From Deltaproteobacteria bacterium (lineage in GTDB: Bacteria; Myxococcota_A; UBA9160; SMWR01), in the NCBI GenBank assembly GCA_032128115.1, contig JAQBHB010000012.1, positions 1 through 47,003 on the forward strand: 47,003 bases of DNA. Direction: 5' to 3'. The notes under the pieces were generated by a model. That model worked only from the letters and a program-made list of their open reading frames with translations, did not search any database and was not told the origin of the DNA. Below, piece by piece: positions 36,207 to 46,403 of the stretch (position 1 is its first letter; each line of letters opens with the position of its first letter). Position numbers and translations under genes: made by a program.

Positions 36207-36306
36207 CGCGTACCCGTCTGCACCGGTCCGCTCTCGAAAAAGTCAATAGTCAACCCCGTCCCCATCCGAGTTCCATCCGAGTTCGGCAACGCAACCGAAA
36301 GACGCC

Positions 36307-37086
36307 CTACCGCGCCAATGTGCCGCCGTCGACGACCAGGGTGTGCCCCGTGACGAAGGCGCTGGCTTCGCTGGCCAGGAAGACCGCGACGCCCTTGATG
36401 TCGTCCTCCAGGCCGGCACGGCGCATGGGCACCTGCTGGTAGAACTCGCGCAGCTTCTCTTCGTCGTTGCGCACGTGATCCATCATGTCGGTCCAGAAGG
36501 GCCCCGGCGCGATTGCGTTCACGCGAATCCCGTGCGGGGCCAGCTTGACCGCCATGTCCACGGTCAGGGTCGCCACGGCGCCCTTGCTGGCGTTGTACGC
36601 GATGGCCGGCTCGGCCTCCTCCTCGCGCCCCCGGTACGCCGAGATGGACGTCACGTGAATGATGCTGCCGCCGCCCGCTTCTGCCATGTGGGACGCAACC
36701 CGCTGGGACAATCGCCACAGGCCGCGAACGTTCACGCGGAAGACCCTGTCCCAGGCCTCCAACGGGAACTCGAGCGTGGGCGCGCCCCAGATCATGGCCG
36801 CATTGTTCACGAGGATGTCGAGCCGGGCAGTCTGGGCGAGAACCCGATCCGCCAGGGCCTCCACGTCTTCGTCAACACCCAGGTCCGCCCGCAGCGCCAC
36901 CCCGCGCCGACCGAGCGTCTCGATGGCCCGAACGGTCTCCTCGCAGTTGGCGAGCTTGCGCGACGCCACCATCACGTCGGCGCCGGCTTCGGCCAGCCCC
37001 AGGGCGATGTGGCGACCCAACCCGCGACCGCCGCCGGTCACCAGTGCGGTCTTACCGGTGAGATCGAAGAGGGCTTGGACCCGCAC
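36307..37086 (-). CDS. Short-chain dehydrogenase/reductase
   Basis: TGGGRGLG, NNAA, YNASK, VNAIAPG, VDGG. Confidence 0.92.
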   Translation of the reverse strand: MRVQALFDLTGKTALVTGGGRGLGRHIALGLAEAGADVMVASRKLANCEETVRAIETLGRRGVALRADLGVDEDVEALADRVLAQTARLDILVNNAAMIWGAPTLEFPLEAWDRVFRVNVRGLWRLSQRVASHMAEAGGGSIIHVTSISAYRGREEEAEPAIAYNASKGAVATLTVDMAVKLAPHGIRVNAIAPGPFWTDMMDHVRNDEEKLREFYQQVPMRRAGLEDDIKGVAVFLASEASAFVTGHTLVVDGGTLAR

Positions 37087-37095
37087 GGAGGGGAA

Positions 37096-37710
37096 TCAGG
37101 CCTCGCGACACAGGACGAACCAGCTCCCCAGGTCCACGCCCTTGCGCGCCGCCGAGCCGATGGTGACGTGCTCCGAGACGCGGCGCAGGGTATCGATCAT
37201 GAATCCGTACACGAAGCGCGACAGCCCACGCTCGTTGCTGCGGATCTCGGGCCAGCCCTCCGGATGCGTGTCGGGAACCCGGTTGTAGTCGACCCAGATT
37301 TCGGGCCGGTCGGGCGCCGGCCTCGCGATGAAGTAGCCAGGGCCGGTCAACGGCTGCATGGATTGGAAGTTGTAGCCATAGAGCTCGTTCGGCTTGTGGT
37401 GATCGGCCCCGGGCGGCCGACAGAACCGTTTTTCGAAGTGGCTGAAGGCCGGGAGCGTGTTCTTCCCGTAGTGTCGCACCGGCGCGAAGTCGACCGCGTC
37501 GGGCGGCACCAGATCGGCGAGGCTCAGGGGCCTGAACCCGTCCACCCGCTCGTAGAGCCTGCGCTGTTCCGAACGCCCCAACGAGCGGATAGCCTGGAGG
37601 CGCGACTCCGGTGACAGATCATCGAGAAAGCGGGCCAGGCTGTCCGGCGAAACCGCGGTCTCCGCCAGTCGCGCCTTGAACTCGGCGACGGGGCCGTCCG
37701 TGCTGCTCAT
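37096..37710 (-). CDS. Hypothetical protein
   Basis: ATG with AGGAGG RBS and globular composition (HYGKNTLPAFSHFEKRFCRP, GPGYF, FVYGFMIDTLRRVS). Confidence 0.75.
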   Translation of the reverse strand: MSSTDGPVAEFKARLAETAVSPDSLARFLDDLSPESRLQAIRSLGRSEQRRLYERVDGFRPLSLADLVPPDAVDFAPVRHYGKNTLPAFSHFEKRFCRPPGADHHKPNELYGYNFQSMQPLTGPGYFIARPAPDRPEIWVDYNRVPDTHPEGWPEIRSNERGLSRFVYGFMIDTLRRVSEHVTIGSAARKGVDLGSWFVLCREA

Positions 37711-37933
37711 GAGCTCCCTCCTGCGGCCCCGAGGGTACCTCCGATCCGCCGGAATCCAATCTCCGCCCGGCTTGTGTGACTCCCGCACGACCGTCGGGGG
37801 CATATCACCGCGCGCCGGCTCCACAATCGCGCCGTCGACCACCCTCCGCTAAACTTGCGCCCTCGACGGCCGATAACTGCGTACGCACCCTTCGCCGACC
37901 CTGCGCCCAGCCCTGCACGACGAGGAGCCCATC

Positions 37934-39220
37934 ATGGCTGATCATGCGGAACTCCGGATCGGAGACAAGGTCTACGTCCTCCCCATCGTCGAGGGCACCG
38001 AGGGCGAACGCGCGATCGATATCCGGAAACTGCGGAACGAGGCCGGCGTGATCACCCTGGATCCGGGCTACGCGAACACGGGCTCGTGTCAGAGTAAGAT
38101 CACCTTCATCGACGGCGACAAGGGCGTCCTTCGCTATCGGGGCATCCCCATCGAGGAGCTGGCCGCGCACAGCTCCTTCCTGGAAGTGGCCTACCTGTTG
38201 ATCTACGGCAATCTGCCCAACAAGCAGCAGTTCCTGAACTTCCACGATTCCATCATGCATCACACGATGATCCATGAGGATTTCAAGCGATTCTTCGGTG
38301 CACTCCCCAAGGACGCCCATCCCATGGCGGCCTGTTCCGCGGCGGTGGGCGCGCTCTCGACCTTCTATCCGGACTCCCTCGACCCCCGCGATCCGCGGCA
38401 GGTCGAAATCTCGGTGCACCGGCTCCTGGCCAAGATGATCACGATGGCGGCCTACGCCTACAAGCACTCGGTGGGCCAGCCGTTCATGTTCCCGGCCAAC
38501 TCTCGCAGCTACGTGGGCAACTTCCTCTACATGCTGTTCGGAACGCCCTGCGAGGAGTACGAAGTCGATCCGGTGATCGAGCACGCCATCGACCTGCTTC
38601 TGATCCTCCACGCCGACCACGAGCAGAACTGCTCCACCAGCACCGTGCGCATGGTGGGCTCCTCCATGGTGAATCTGTTCTCCGCGATCTCGGCGGGGAT
38701 CAACGCCCTCTGGGGTCCTCTGCACGGTGGCGCCAACCAGGAAGTCATCGAGATGCTCGCCAGCATCCGAGACGAGGGCATGACCGCACAGCAGTTCGTG
38801 GAACGGGCCAAGCGGGGAGATCCGACCGCGCGCCTCATGGGCTTCGGCCACCCGGTCTATCGCAACTTCGATCCGCGCATGAAGATCATCAAGAAGACCT
38901 GCTTCGACGTGCTCGAGAAGCTGGGAGTCCATTCGAGGCTGCTGGAGATCGCCGTCGAGCTGGAGGAGATCGCCCTCAAGGACGACTACTTCGTGGAACG
39001 CAAGCTCTATCCCAACGTGGACTACTACTCGGGCGTGATCTACAACGCGATCGGAACTCCGGCGAACATGTTCACCGCCTTCTTCGCCGTGGGTCGCCTG
39101 CCGGGCTGGCTGGCCCAGTGGATGGAGATGCACCACGACCCGAGCTTCAAGATCGGCCGCCCCCGCCAGATCTACTGCGGACCCGAGCGCACCTCCTACG
39201 TTCCCATCGAGAAGCGCTGA
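37934..39220 (+). CDS. gltA: Citrate synthase
   Basis: DPGYANT, LHADHEQNCSTSTVR, GPLHGGAN, LMGFGHPVY, YPNVDYYSG. Confidence 0.97.
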   Translation: MADHAELRIGDKVYVLPIVEGTEGERAIDIRKLRNEAGVITLDPGYANTGSCQSKITFIDGDKGVLRYRGIPIEELAAHSSFLEVAYLLIYGNLPNKQQFLNFHDSIMHHTMIHEDFKRFFGALPKDAHPMAACSAAVGALSTFYPDSLDPRDPRQVEISVHRLLAKMITMAAYAYKHSVGQPFMFPANSRSYVGNFLYMLFGTPCEEYEVDPVIEHAIDLLLILHADHEQNCSTSTVRMVGSSMVNLFSAISAGINALWGPLHGGANQEVIEMLASIRDEGMTAQQFVERAKRGDPTARLMGFGHPVYRNFDPRMKIIKKTCFDVLEKLGVHSRLLEIAVELEEIALKDDYFVERKLYPNVDYYSGVIYNAIGTPANMFTAFFAVGRLPGWLAQWMEMHHDPSFKIGRPRQIYCGPERTSYVPIEKR

Positions 39221-39259
39221 GCCGGAGCGATCCGGTGCCACCGGAAGGCCCTGGCCCCG

Positions 39260-40054
39260 ATGAAGCGGATCTGCTGGGTCGACGGTCGTCTGGCCGGCCT
39301 GGACGAGCCCGTGGTGCGCGGCGATGACAGCGCCTTTTCCGAGGGCCGCGGCTGCTACACCTCGCTACGGGTCGCCGTCGGTCGGCCTCGCTTCGCCGAG
39401 CGCCACGCCCAACGCCTGCAGCGCAACGCCGCCGCCCTCCGCATCGGCGAGATCGACCTGGACCTGCTGCTGCGCGGCTTCGATTCCCTGGCGAAGGCGG
39501 CCTTCCCCGATGGGGAGGGGGTGCTGCGTTTCCAGGCCAGCCGCGACGGACAGGGCGGTCTCCACCTGGTGGGCGTACCCCGCGAGCTGGGTCGGGACAC
39601 GGCCCACTGGTCGGCGGTGACAGCCCCCTTCAGCCACGAAGGCTTCACGCCCTACGGAGGCCGCAAGGTCTCGAGCCGCCTGCTGCACGCCCTGGCCCTG
39701 GACGTGGCACGAGACGCTGGCGTGGAAGAGGCGCTGCTGTTCGACCCCAGGGAGCGACTCGTGGAAGGCGCCCACACCAACCTCTTCGTGGTGACCGGCG
39801 ACGGCGTGCTCGTTACGCCACCGACGGGCCGCGGTGCCGTCGCCGGCATCGCCCGGACCCTGGTGATGGAGCGGGTGAACGACGCCGGCGAGGACGACGT
39901 GTCGCGCGCGGAGATCGTCCGGGCTCGCGAGATCATTGCGGTCAACGCCGTGCGCGGAGCCCGTCCCATCGTGCGCCTGGACGGCGTGGCCGTCGCCGAC
40001 GGGGTCCCCGGCCCCTGGTCCCAGAAGCTCGCCGACGCCCTCGAGCGCGACTAG
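39260..40054 (+). CDS. Class IV PLP-dependent aminotransferase/lyase (PabC/IlvE-like)
   Basis: HAQRL, GRKVSS (PLP Lys), VEGAHTNLF, VAGIAR, NAVRG. Confidence 0.85.
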   Translation: MKRICWVDGRLAGLDEPVVRGDDSAFSEGRGCYTSLRVAVGRPRFAERHAQRLQRNAAALRIGEIDLDLLLRGFDSLAKAAFPDGEGVLRFQASRDGQGGLHLVGVPRELGRDTAHWSAVTAPFSHEGFTPYGGRKVSSRLLHALALDVARDAGVEEALLFDPRERLVEGAHTNLFVVTGDGVLVTPPTGRGAVAGIARTLVMERVNDAGEDDVSRAEIVRAREIIAVNAVRGARPIVRLDGVAVADGVPGPWSQKLADALERD

Positions 40055-40103
40055 GAGCCCGGACCCGATGCTACGCTGAGCCGCCCCATCGCAAGGAGCC
40101 CCC

Positions 40104-40874
40104 ATGAACATCGAAGGCATCGGCGCGATCGTCACTGGCGGCGCATCGGGGCTGGGCCGGGCCACGGCACAGCAGCTCGCCCAGCGCGGAGCCCTGGTGG
40201 GCATCCTCGACCTGCCGCACTCCAAGGGAACCGAGACCGCCGCGGAGATCGGCGCCGGCGCCATCTTCCTGGAGGGCGACGTCACCAGCGAGGAACAGAT
40301 CGCCGCCGCCATGGACCGTGCGGTAGAGAGCTTCGGTGCGCTCCACGTCCTGGTGAATTGCGCGGGCATTGGATCGGCATCGCGCACCGTTCGCAAGGAC
40401 GGAACGCCCTTTGACCTGGCCGTGTTCAAGCGCACGCTGGAGGTCAACCTGGTCGGCACCTTCAACAGCATCCGTCTGGCCGCGTCGCGCATGATCGGCA
40501 ACGAGCCGAACGACGACGGCGAGCGCGGGGTCATCGTGAACACCGCCTCCGTAGCGGCGTTCGAGGGACAGATCGGCCAGGCGGCCTACTCGGCGTCCAA
40601 GGGCGGCATCGTCGGGATGACGCTCCCCATCGCGCGGGACCTGGCTCGCCACGGAGTGCGTTGCTGCACCATCGCGCCGGGCCTGTTCGATACGCCCCTG
40701 CTCAAGGGCATGCCCCAGGAGATGCGAGATGCGCTGGGCGCCAGCGTGCCCTTCCCCTCGCGCCTGGGGAGGCCCTCCGAGTACGGCCAGCTGGCCTGCC
40801 AGATCGTCGAAAACGCCATGCTGAACGGGGAGACCCTGCGTCTCGACGGCGCCATCCGCATGCAGCCGCGCTAG
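40104..40874 (+). CDS. 3-hydroxyacyl-CoA dehydrogenase type II (HSD17B10-like SDR)
   Basis: [45 protein letters not shown]. Confidence 0.93.
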   Translation: MNIEGIGAIVTGGASGLGRATAQQLAQRGALVGILDLPHSKGTETAAEIGAGAIFLEGDVTSEEQIAAAMDRAVESFGALHVLVNCAGIGSASRTVRKDGTPFDLAVFKRTLEVNLVGTFNSIRLAASRMIGNEPNDDGERGVIVNTASVAAFEGQIGQAAYSASKGGIVGMTLPIARDLARHGVRCCTIAPGLFDTPLLKGMPQEMRDALGASVPFPSRLGRPSEYGQLACQIVENAMLNGETLRLDGAIRMQPR

Positions 40875-40876
40875 TC

Positions 40877-41821
40877 GTGCCCCCGGGTCGCATCACCACA
40901 GGGGGCGTCCTGGTCACCGGCGCCACCGGTCTTCTGGGGCGGCGCCTCTGCGCCGCCTTGGTGCGCGACGGGTGCGCGGTGCGCGCGCTCACGCGCGGCC
41001 CCGGTGGGGCCAGCACGAGCCTCCACCCGGCCATCGAAACCGTCACCTGGGACGGAGTCCACCCGCCCCCCGCGGCCCTCGACGGCCTTCGCGCCGTGGT
41101 GCACCTGGCGGGTGAGCCGGTATTCGGCGGCGTTCCCAGCGCCGCCCGAAAACGACGAATCCGCAACAGCCGCATCGACTCCAGCAACGCCCTGGTGGGG
41201 GCGCTTTGCGACCTGCCCGCCGATCGCCGCCCCCGGGTACTCGTGTGCGCATCGGCCATCGGCTTCTACGGATCGCGCGGGGACGAACCCCTGGACGAGG
41301 ACGCGGGTGCCGGCTCGGGTTTCCTGGCCGACGTGTGCCGCGACTGGGAAGCGGCCGCCGGGGCGGCCATGTCGTGTGGGGTGCGCACGGTGATGCTGCG
41401 CATCGGCATCGTGCTGGCCCGCGAAGGCGGCGCGCTCCCGCTGATGTCCCTGCCCTTCCGGTTCGGTGCCGGCGGGCGACTGGGGAGCGGACGCCAATGG
41501 GTGGCGTGGATCCACGCCGACGATCTGGTGCGTCTGATCCGGGCAGCGCTGGACGACGACCGCTACCAGGGGCCGGTGAACGCCGTGGCCCCGGAGCCGG
41601 TTCGCAACGCGGATCTCACCCGCGAGCTCGCGCGCGTCCTGCGCCGGCCGGCCGCGATCCCCGTGCCCGCCGCCGCGGTGCGCCTTCTGCTGGGCGAGCT
41701 TGCAGGTGAGTTGCTGGGAAGCCGCCGGGTGGTTCCGCGGCGAGCGGATGCGCTGGGCTTCCGCTTCGAGCACGCCTCGCTCTCGGCGGCCCTGCGAAGC
41801 GAACTCGCGCCGGATCAGTGA
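40877..41821 (+). CDS. TIGR01777 (YfcH-like) oxidoreductase
   Basis: TGATGLLG, HLAGEP, ASAIGFYG, FLADVCRDWE, GSGRQWVAWIH. Confidence 0.9.
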   Translation: MPPGRITTGGVLVTGATGLLGRRLCAALVRDGCAVRALTRGPGGASTSLHPAIETVTWDGVHPPPAALDGLRAVVHLAGEPVFGGVPSAARKRRIRNSRIDSSNALVGALCDLPADRRPRVLVCASAIGFYGSRGDEPLDEDAGAGSGFLADVCRDWEAAAGAAMSCGVRTVMLRIGIVLAREGGALPLMSLPFRFGAGGRLGSGRQWVAWIHADDLVRLIRAALDDDRYQGPVNAVAPEPVRNADLTRELARVLRRPAAIPVPAAAVRLLLGELAGELLGSRRVVPRRADALGFRFEHASLSAALRSELAPDQ

Positions 41822-42228
41822 CTGGGGGTCGACTCCATGAAAAGGGTCGGCAGCACTTCCTTCAGGGTCTTTTCGCCGCTCTCGGGGCCGATCTCGAAGT
41901 AGCCCAGGGAGATCGAGGGAGCCGACATGGACGGGTACTCGTTGTGGAACTCGACGAGCACGCGCTCCATGATGTCTTCGGCGCTGCTGCGATCCACGTC
42001 CGTCAGGAACAGGACCGAGCGTTCCCGGGTAAGGCGCACGATGGAGTCGTCGATGCGCAGCGTGCTCTCCACGTAGTCGATCACCTCGGGGTAGAGTCGG
42101 TCGCCTTCGATGCCGGCCATTCCCACCACCACGGACTGCAGCAAGTGCTCCCGGGCAAGCCCGGAAACCTTCAGCAGCAGGTCGCGCAGTCTGCGCGGGT
42201 CGTCATTTCGCGGCTGGCCGATCGTCAT
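41815..42228 (-). CDS. Small degenerate GGDEF-like domain protein
   Basis: LRIDDSIVRLTRERSVLFL...AEDIMERVL...SISLG follows the GGDEF layout, with RxxD kept and GGDEF lost. Confidence 0.6.
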   Translation of the reverse strand: MTIGQPRNDDPRRLRDLLLKVSGLAREHLLQSVVVGMAGIEGDRLYPEVIDYVESTLRIDDSIVRLTRERSVLFLTDVDRSSAEDIMERVLVEFHNEYPSMSAPSISLGYFEIGPESGEKTLKEVLPTLFMESTPSH

Positions 42229-42286
42229 GCCACGCCTCCCAGACCCGTTATCGACGGTTTCCGCCCAAACCTGAAGCCTTCGGATG

Positions 42287-43063
42287 CTAGTGAACCGGGC
42301 GCCATTCGAAGGCAGTGATGGCCAGGCCCGTGGCGGCGACGGTGAGCAGGGCCAGGACCAGCAGGCTCAGGGCCAACGGCACCTCGGAGACGCCCAACAG
42401 CGCGTAGCGCAGCAGATCGGTTCCGTAGGTAAGGGGATTCACGTGCGCCAGGATGCGCATGGGCAGGGGCAGCGTCGAGATCGGGTAGAAGATCCCCGAG
42501 AAGAGATACAGGGGAACGGTCACCAACGCGGCCAGCAGGCGAAACGACTCCAGTCGGCGCAGGCGGGACGCGATTGCGATTCCCAGCGCTACGAAGATGG
42601 CCGTCACCGAGCCGATCGCGAACAGCGCGACGAGCGACGCGCCGAATCCCGGCACCTGCAGGGGCGTGAAGGTCGCGAGCACCGCCACCAGGATCGCCAC
42701 CAGCAGCACCGACGCCAGCATCCGCGCGACGAGCTTGCCCAGGACGATGCTGGTGCGCGACACGGGAGCGATCAGCAGGGCGCGCAGAAAGCCGCTCTCC
42801 CGATCCTCGATCAGGGTGAAGCCGCCCCCCACGGCGCCCGCCCCCACCACGAGCATCAGGATCCCCGACGCCAGGTGGCCCACGTAGTCGGTGGCGGTGG
42901 GCAGGCGCACCACATCGTTGAGTCCGAAGCCGATGAAGCACACCACGGCGACGGGAAACACGGTCTGCCCGATCCAGTAGGCCCGGTCCCGGCGGTAGCG
43001 GAGCGCCTCGCGCCGGAACAGGGTGAGGGTATCCTCTACGATCACGCCTGCTTTTCCGTTCAC
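42287..43063 (-). CDS. ABC-2 type transporter permease
   Basis: DRESGFLRALLIAPVSR, LFSGIFYPI, NPLTYG; about six TM helices. Confidence 0.92.
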   Translation of the reverse strand: MNGKAGVIVEDTLTLFRREALRYRRDRAYWIGQTVFPVAVVCFIGFGLNDVVRLPTATDYVGHLASGILMLVVGAGAVGGGFTLIEDRESGFLRALLIAPVSRTSIVLGKLVARMLASVLLVAILVAVLATFTPLQVPGFGASLVALFAIGSVTAIFVALGIAIASRLRRLESFRLLAALVTVPLYLFSGIFYPISTLPLPMRILAHVNPLTYGTDLLRYALLGVSEVPLALSLLVLALLTVAATGLAITAFEWRPVH

Positions 43064-44022
43064 GTCGACTCCTCGGCGATCGCAGGCGCCTCCAACCCGT
43101 GCCCCGTGTGGTGCAGGAACACGTGTTCCAGCGTGGGCCGCCCCATGTTGACCTCGACCACGCCGCAGTCGCTCACCGCCTCGATCAGCCGGGCCAGCCG
43201 ACGCGGCCCGTCCAACACCGAAACGCGAAAGCGCACGCCCGTGCCGTCCGAATCCCGCACCACCGCGCTCACCCCTTCCAACTTCTCCAGGGATTCCGCG
43301 GCGCCGTCACCCCGCTCGAGTACCAGGGAGACCACATCGCCCCCGATCTCCGACTTGAGAGCGTCCGGGCTCCCGGATACCACCACCCGGCCGCGATCCA
43401 GGATCGCCAGGTCCTGGCAGAGACGATCGGCCTCCTCCATGGAGTGGGTCGTCAGGAAGAAGGTGGTCTGGCCGGCGGCGTGCACCGAACGCAGGTGCTC
43501 CCAGATCGCCGCTCGCGCCGCCACATCGAGTCCCAGGGTGGGCTCGTCCAGGAACAGGACGCGCGGCCGGTGGAGCAGTCCCCGTCCAATTTCCAGGCGC
43601 CGCTTCATGCCGCCCGAGAAGCCACGCGTGGGCCGATCGGCGTCGCGCGAAAGACCCAGCAGCTCGAGCACCTCCGCCACTCGCCGGGGTCGGTCGGGCA
43701 GGTGGTAGAGGCGCGCGAAGAGATCCAGGTGCTCGCGCGCAGTGAGCTCGAGATCCAGGGTGGATTCCTGGAACACCAGTCCCACCTGGGCGCGCACGGC
43801 GCGTCGCTGCGTCACCACGTCACAGCCCAGCACCCGAGCCTCGCCGCGCCCGGGAGGAATCAGGGTGGAGAGGATGCTCACCGTGGTGGTCTTGCCGGCA
43901 CCGTTGGGCCCCAGGAGCCCGAAGAAGGCGCCCTGGGGAACGGTCAGATCGATTCCGTCAATGGCGTGCACATCGCCAAAATGCTTGAACAGTCCTCGCA
44001 CCTGGATGGCGGGTTCGTCCAT
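43060..44022 (-). CDS. ABC transporter ATP-binding protein (DrrA-like)
   Basis: GPNGAGKTT, FSGGMKRR, LFLDEPT, TTHSMEEA. Confidence 0.95.
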   Translation of the reverse strand: MDEPAIQVRGLFKHFGDVHAIDGIDLTVPQGAFFGLLGPNGAGKTTTVSILSTLIPPGRGEARVLGCDVVTQRRAVRAQVGLVFQESTLDLELTAREHLDLFARLYHLPDRPRRVAEVLELLGLSRDADRPTRGFSGGMKRRLEIGRGLLHRPRVLFLDEPTLGLDVAARAAIWEHLRSVHAAGQTTFFLTTHSMEEADRLCQDLAILDRGRVVVSGSPDALKSEIGGDVVSLVLERGDGAAESLEKLEGVSAVVRDSDGTGVRFRVSVLDGPRRLARLIEAVSDCGVVEVNMGRPTLEHVFLHHTGHGLEAPAIAEEST

Positions 44023-44080
44023 TGTCGCTCCCGGTTCCGTTACCTACGTTGGCCCGCGCCCCGCCGTCGGGGCGGCCCGT

Positions 44081-45034
44081 ATGCTAGGAAACACCGAGCA
44101 GCCCCGCGACGTCTCCGCCCAGGACCGGCTCCTCGCCCGGCGCCTGTCTCGGGGATTCCTCGCACTGGTCCTGGCGACCACCGGGCTGATCGTGCTTGGC
44201 GCGCTCGTGCGCACGCACGAAGCCGGGCTCGCGTGCCCCGACTGGCCGCTCTGCTTCGGGCTCATCGTTCCGGAGATGAACCTGAAGGTGGCGTTCGAGT
44301 GGTCGCATCGGGTGTTCGCCGGAAGCGTCGCGCTCGGATTCGCCGGACTCTCGATTGCGGCCCTGCGACACGCGCCGACCCGCGCGGCCATCGGTCCCAT
44401 GCTGGCGCTGGCGGCGCTGTTGCTTGGCGTCCAGATCCTGTTGGGCGCCCTCACGGTCTGGAAGCTGCTGGCCGCCTGGACCGTCACCGCCCACCTGATC
44501 ACCGGCAACAGCTTCGCACTGGTGCTGCTCCTCACCGCAGCGACCCTGCGCGAACGCGCCGGCGCCCCGATCCATCGCCCACCGGTGTCCTCCGCCGCCC
44601 GCAGCTGGATCGGGGTCGCCGTCGGGCTGTTGGCGCTCCAGATGGTGCTGGGCGGTCTGGTGTCATCGCGCTTCGCGGGCCTGTCCTGTCCCGAGTGGCC
44701 CACCTGCAATGGTGGCGAGTGGTTCCCGTCCTTCGCAGGCAACGTCGGCCTGCACCTGCTGCACCGCATCAACGCCTACGCCCTGATCACGGTCCTGATC
44801 GGAGCGGCGATCGCGTGTCGACGCACTCCCCGGTTGCGGCCCTGGGCCCTCGGGGTGGCACTCCTTTCGGGGGCCCAGGGGCTCGTGGGCGTGGCCAATG
44901 TGTGGCTGGGCATCCCCGTCGAAATCACCGGCCTGCACTCGGCGCTGGCCGCGGGCCTGGTCATGGGCCTCGCACTGTCGACCCGCGAGGCCTGGCTCGC
45001 CCCCCATGCGACAGATCCCCCCGGCGAGTGCTAG
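44081..45034 (+). CDS. ctaA: Heme A synthase (CtaA/COX15)
   Basis: AGLACPDWPLC, EWSHR, AHL, GLSCPEWPTC, LHR, LHS; about eight TM helices. Confidence 0.88.
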   Translation: MLGNTEQPRDVSAQDRLLARRLSRGFLALVLATTGLIVLGALVRTHEAGLACPDWPLCFGLIVPEMNLKVAFEWSHRVFAGSVALGFAGLSIAALRHAPTRAAIGPMLALAALLLGVQILLGALTVWKLLAAWTVTAHLITGNSFALVLLLTAATLRERAGAPIHRPPVSSAARSWIGVAVGLLALQMVLGGLVSSRFAGLSCPEWPTCNGGEWFPSFAGNVGLHLLHRINAYALITVLIGAAIACRRTPRLRPWALGVALLSGAQGLVGVANVWLGIPVEITGLHSALAAGLVMGLALSTREAWLAPHATDPPGEC

Positions 45035-45046
45035 AAACCCCGTGCC

Positions 45047-45523
45047 ATGCGTTCCAACGAAGTCTTCGGCGCCATGTCGCCCGAGCAGGCAACCGCCCTG
45101 CTGACCGTGCTATCCGAGAAGGCTCCGGGCATGTACGCCTCGGCGCTTCACCTGGCGGCCACCGCCATGCGCGCGCGCCCCGTCTACCTGCGGCGCCAGC
45201 CCTTCGAGAAACAGGCGATCTCGATCCGCCGGGCCCTGGCCCGGGCCACCTCGAACGGCGTGGCCGAGGAGATCCTCGCGATCTACTTCCTCGAGTGTCG
45301 GAAGGAACTCCTGGTGGAGTGGCTCGACCTGCTGGGCATCGAGCACGAGGACGGCGTGCTGACCGAAGACGAGCCCGCCGCCCCCACGCGCAAAGCCCTG
45401 GAGGCGGCCACCCGCAAGTTCCTGGGCGGAAAGAATCCGGACGACCGCGTGCTCCTGCTGCGCGCCTTCGCCGCCCAGGACTCCATCGACTGGCCCGATC
45501 TCGAAGCCCTGCTGCCCGACTGA
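45047..45523 (+). CDS. Hypothetical protein
   Basis: Fills the gap with coding-like codon usage; helical (EWLDLLGIEHEDG). Confidence 0.75.
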   Translation: MRSNEVFGAMSPEQATALLTVLSEKAPGMYASALHLAATAMRARPVYLRRQPFEKQAISIRRALARATSNGVAEEILAIYFLECRKELLVEWLDLLGIEHEDGVLTEDEPAAPTRKALEAATRKFLGGKNPDDRVLLLRAFAAQDSIDWPDLEALLPD

Positions 45524-45538
45524 GCCCGGATCCGCAGA

Positions 45539-46393
45539 CTAATTGCGAATCGTGATCGCGGCGTTCGAGATGATCACCGCGTCTCGCTCCTTGGACTTCG
45601 ACTGGATCAGGATCTTGTCGCCTTCCTTCCAGTACGAGGTCAGGTACGTCTCACCGGGATAGCCAACCCCCGCAAAGCGCACCTGGTAGCGCGCCACCTT
45701 CGTCACGTCGCCGCCGAGCACCCCGTCCACCACGGCCTTGCACACCACACCGTAGGAGCAGAGTCCGTGGATGATGGGCGTGTCGAAGCCGCCCATCTTC
45801 GCGAACTCGGGATCCGCGTGGAGCGGGTTCTTGTCGCCAGAGAGCCGGTAGATCAACGCCTGCTGGGGCAGGGTCTTCGACTCGAGGACGCCGTCGGGCG
45901 TGCGCTCCGGCGGCAGGTTGCCGGCCTTGGGGCCCGACTCGCCCCCGAAGCCCCCCTCGCCGCGCAGGAACAGCGAGAAGCGGTTGGTGAACAGGGGCTT
46001 GTTGGCCTCGTCCCGGGTTTTCACCTCGAGCACCACCAGCGCCGCCTTGCCCTTGTCCCAGAGTTCGGCGATCTCGCCGGAGCTGGTCACCGTGGCCTCC
46101 GTCGGGATGGGCTGGTGGATCTGGATGTCCTGCTCGCCGTGGAGCAGCATGGCGAAGTTGAACACGAGGCCCGGCGCCGAACCGAGGCCGCCAAGGGCGC
46201 CGAACACGGGAATCACCCCGAAGCTGGGCAGCACCTTGAGGTTCTTCTCGTAGGTGTATTCCAGCTCGCCCGGATCGGTGGCCGGAACCCCGGCGCCAAC
46301 GCCCAGGTGGTAGAGAATCACCTGGTCCTTGGTCCACGAGTAGCTTCCCTCGCCGAGCCTGGCGCCGAGGGCCTTCTTCGGATCGATGGGCAT
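45539..46393 (-). CDS. MaoC-type (R)-enoyl-CoA hydratase 2, double hot-dog fold
   Basis: LYHLGVG, LLHGEQ, YRLSGDKNPLHADP, IIHGLCSYG. Confidence 0.92.
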   Translation of the reverse strand: MPIDPKKALGARLGEGSYSWTKDQVILYHLGVGAGVPATDPGELEYTYEKNLKVLPSFGVIPVFGALGGLGSAPGLVFNFAMLLHGEQDIQIHQPIPTEATVTSSGEIAELWDKGKAALVVLEVKTRDEANKPLFTNRFSLFLRGEGGFGGESGPKAGNLPPERTPDGVLESKTLPQQALIYRLSGDKNPLHADPEFAKMGGFDTPIIHGLCSYGVVCKAVVDGVLGGDVTKVARYQVRFAGVGYPGETYLTSYWKEGDKILIQSKSKERDAVIISNAAITIRN

Positions 46394-46403
46394 CGCTTGG
46401 CTC

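Noticed and set aside
44081..45034. Internal duplication with two Cys pairs in CtaA
   Set aside because: This is a known feature of Bacillus-type heme A synthases.
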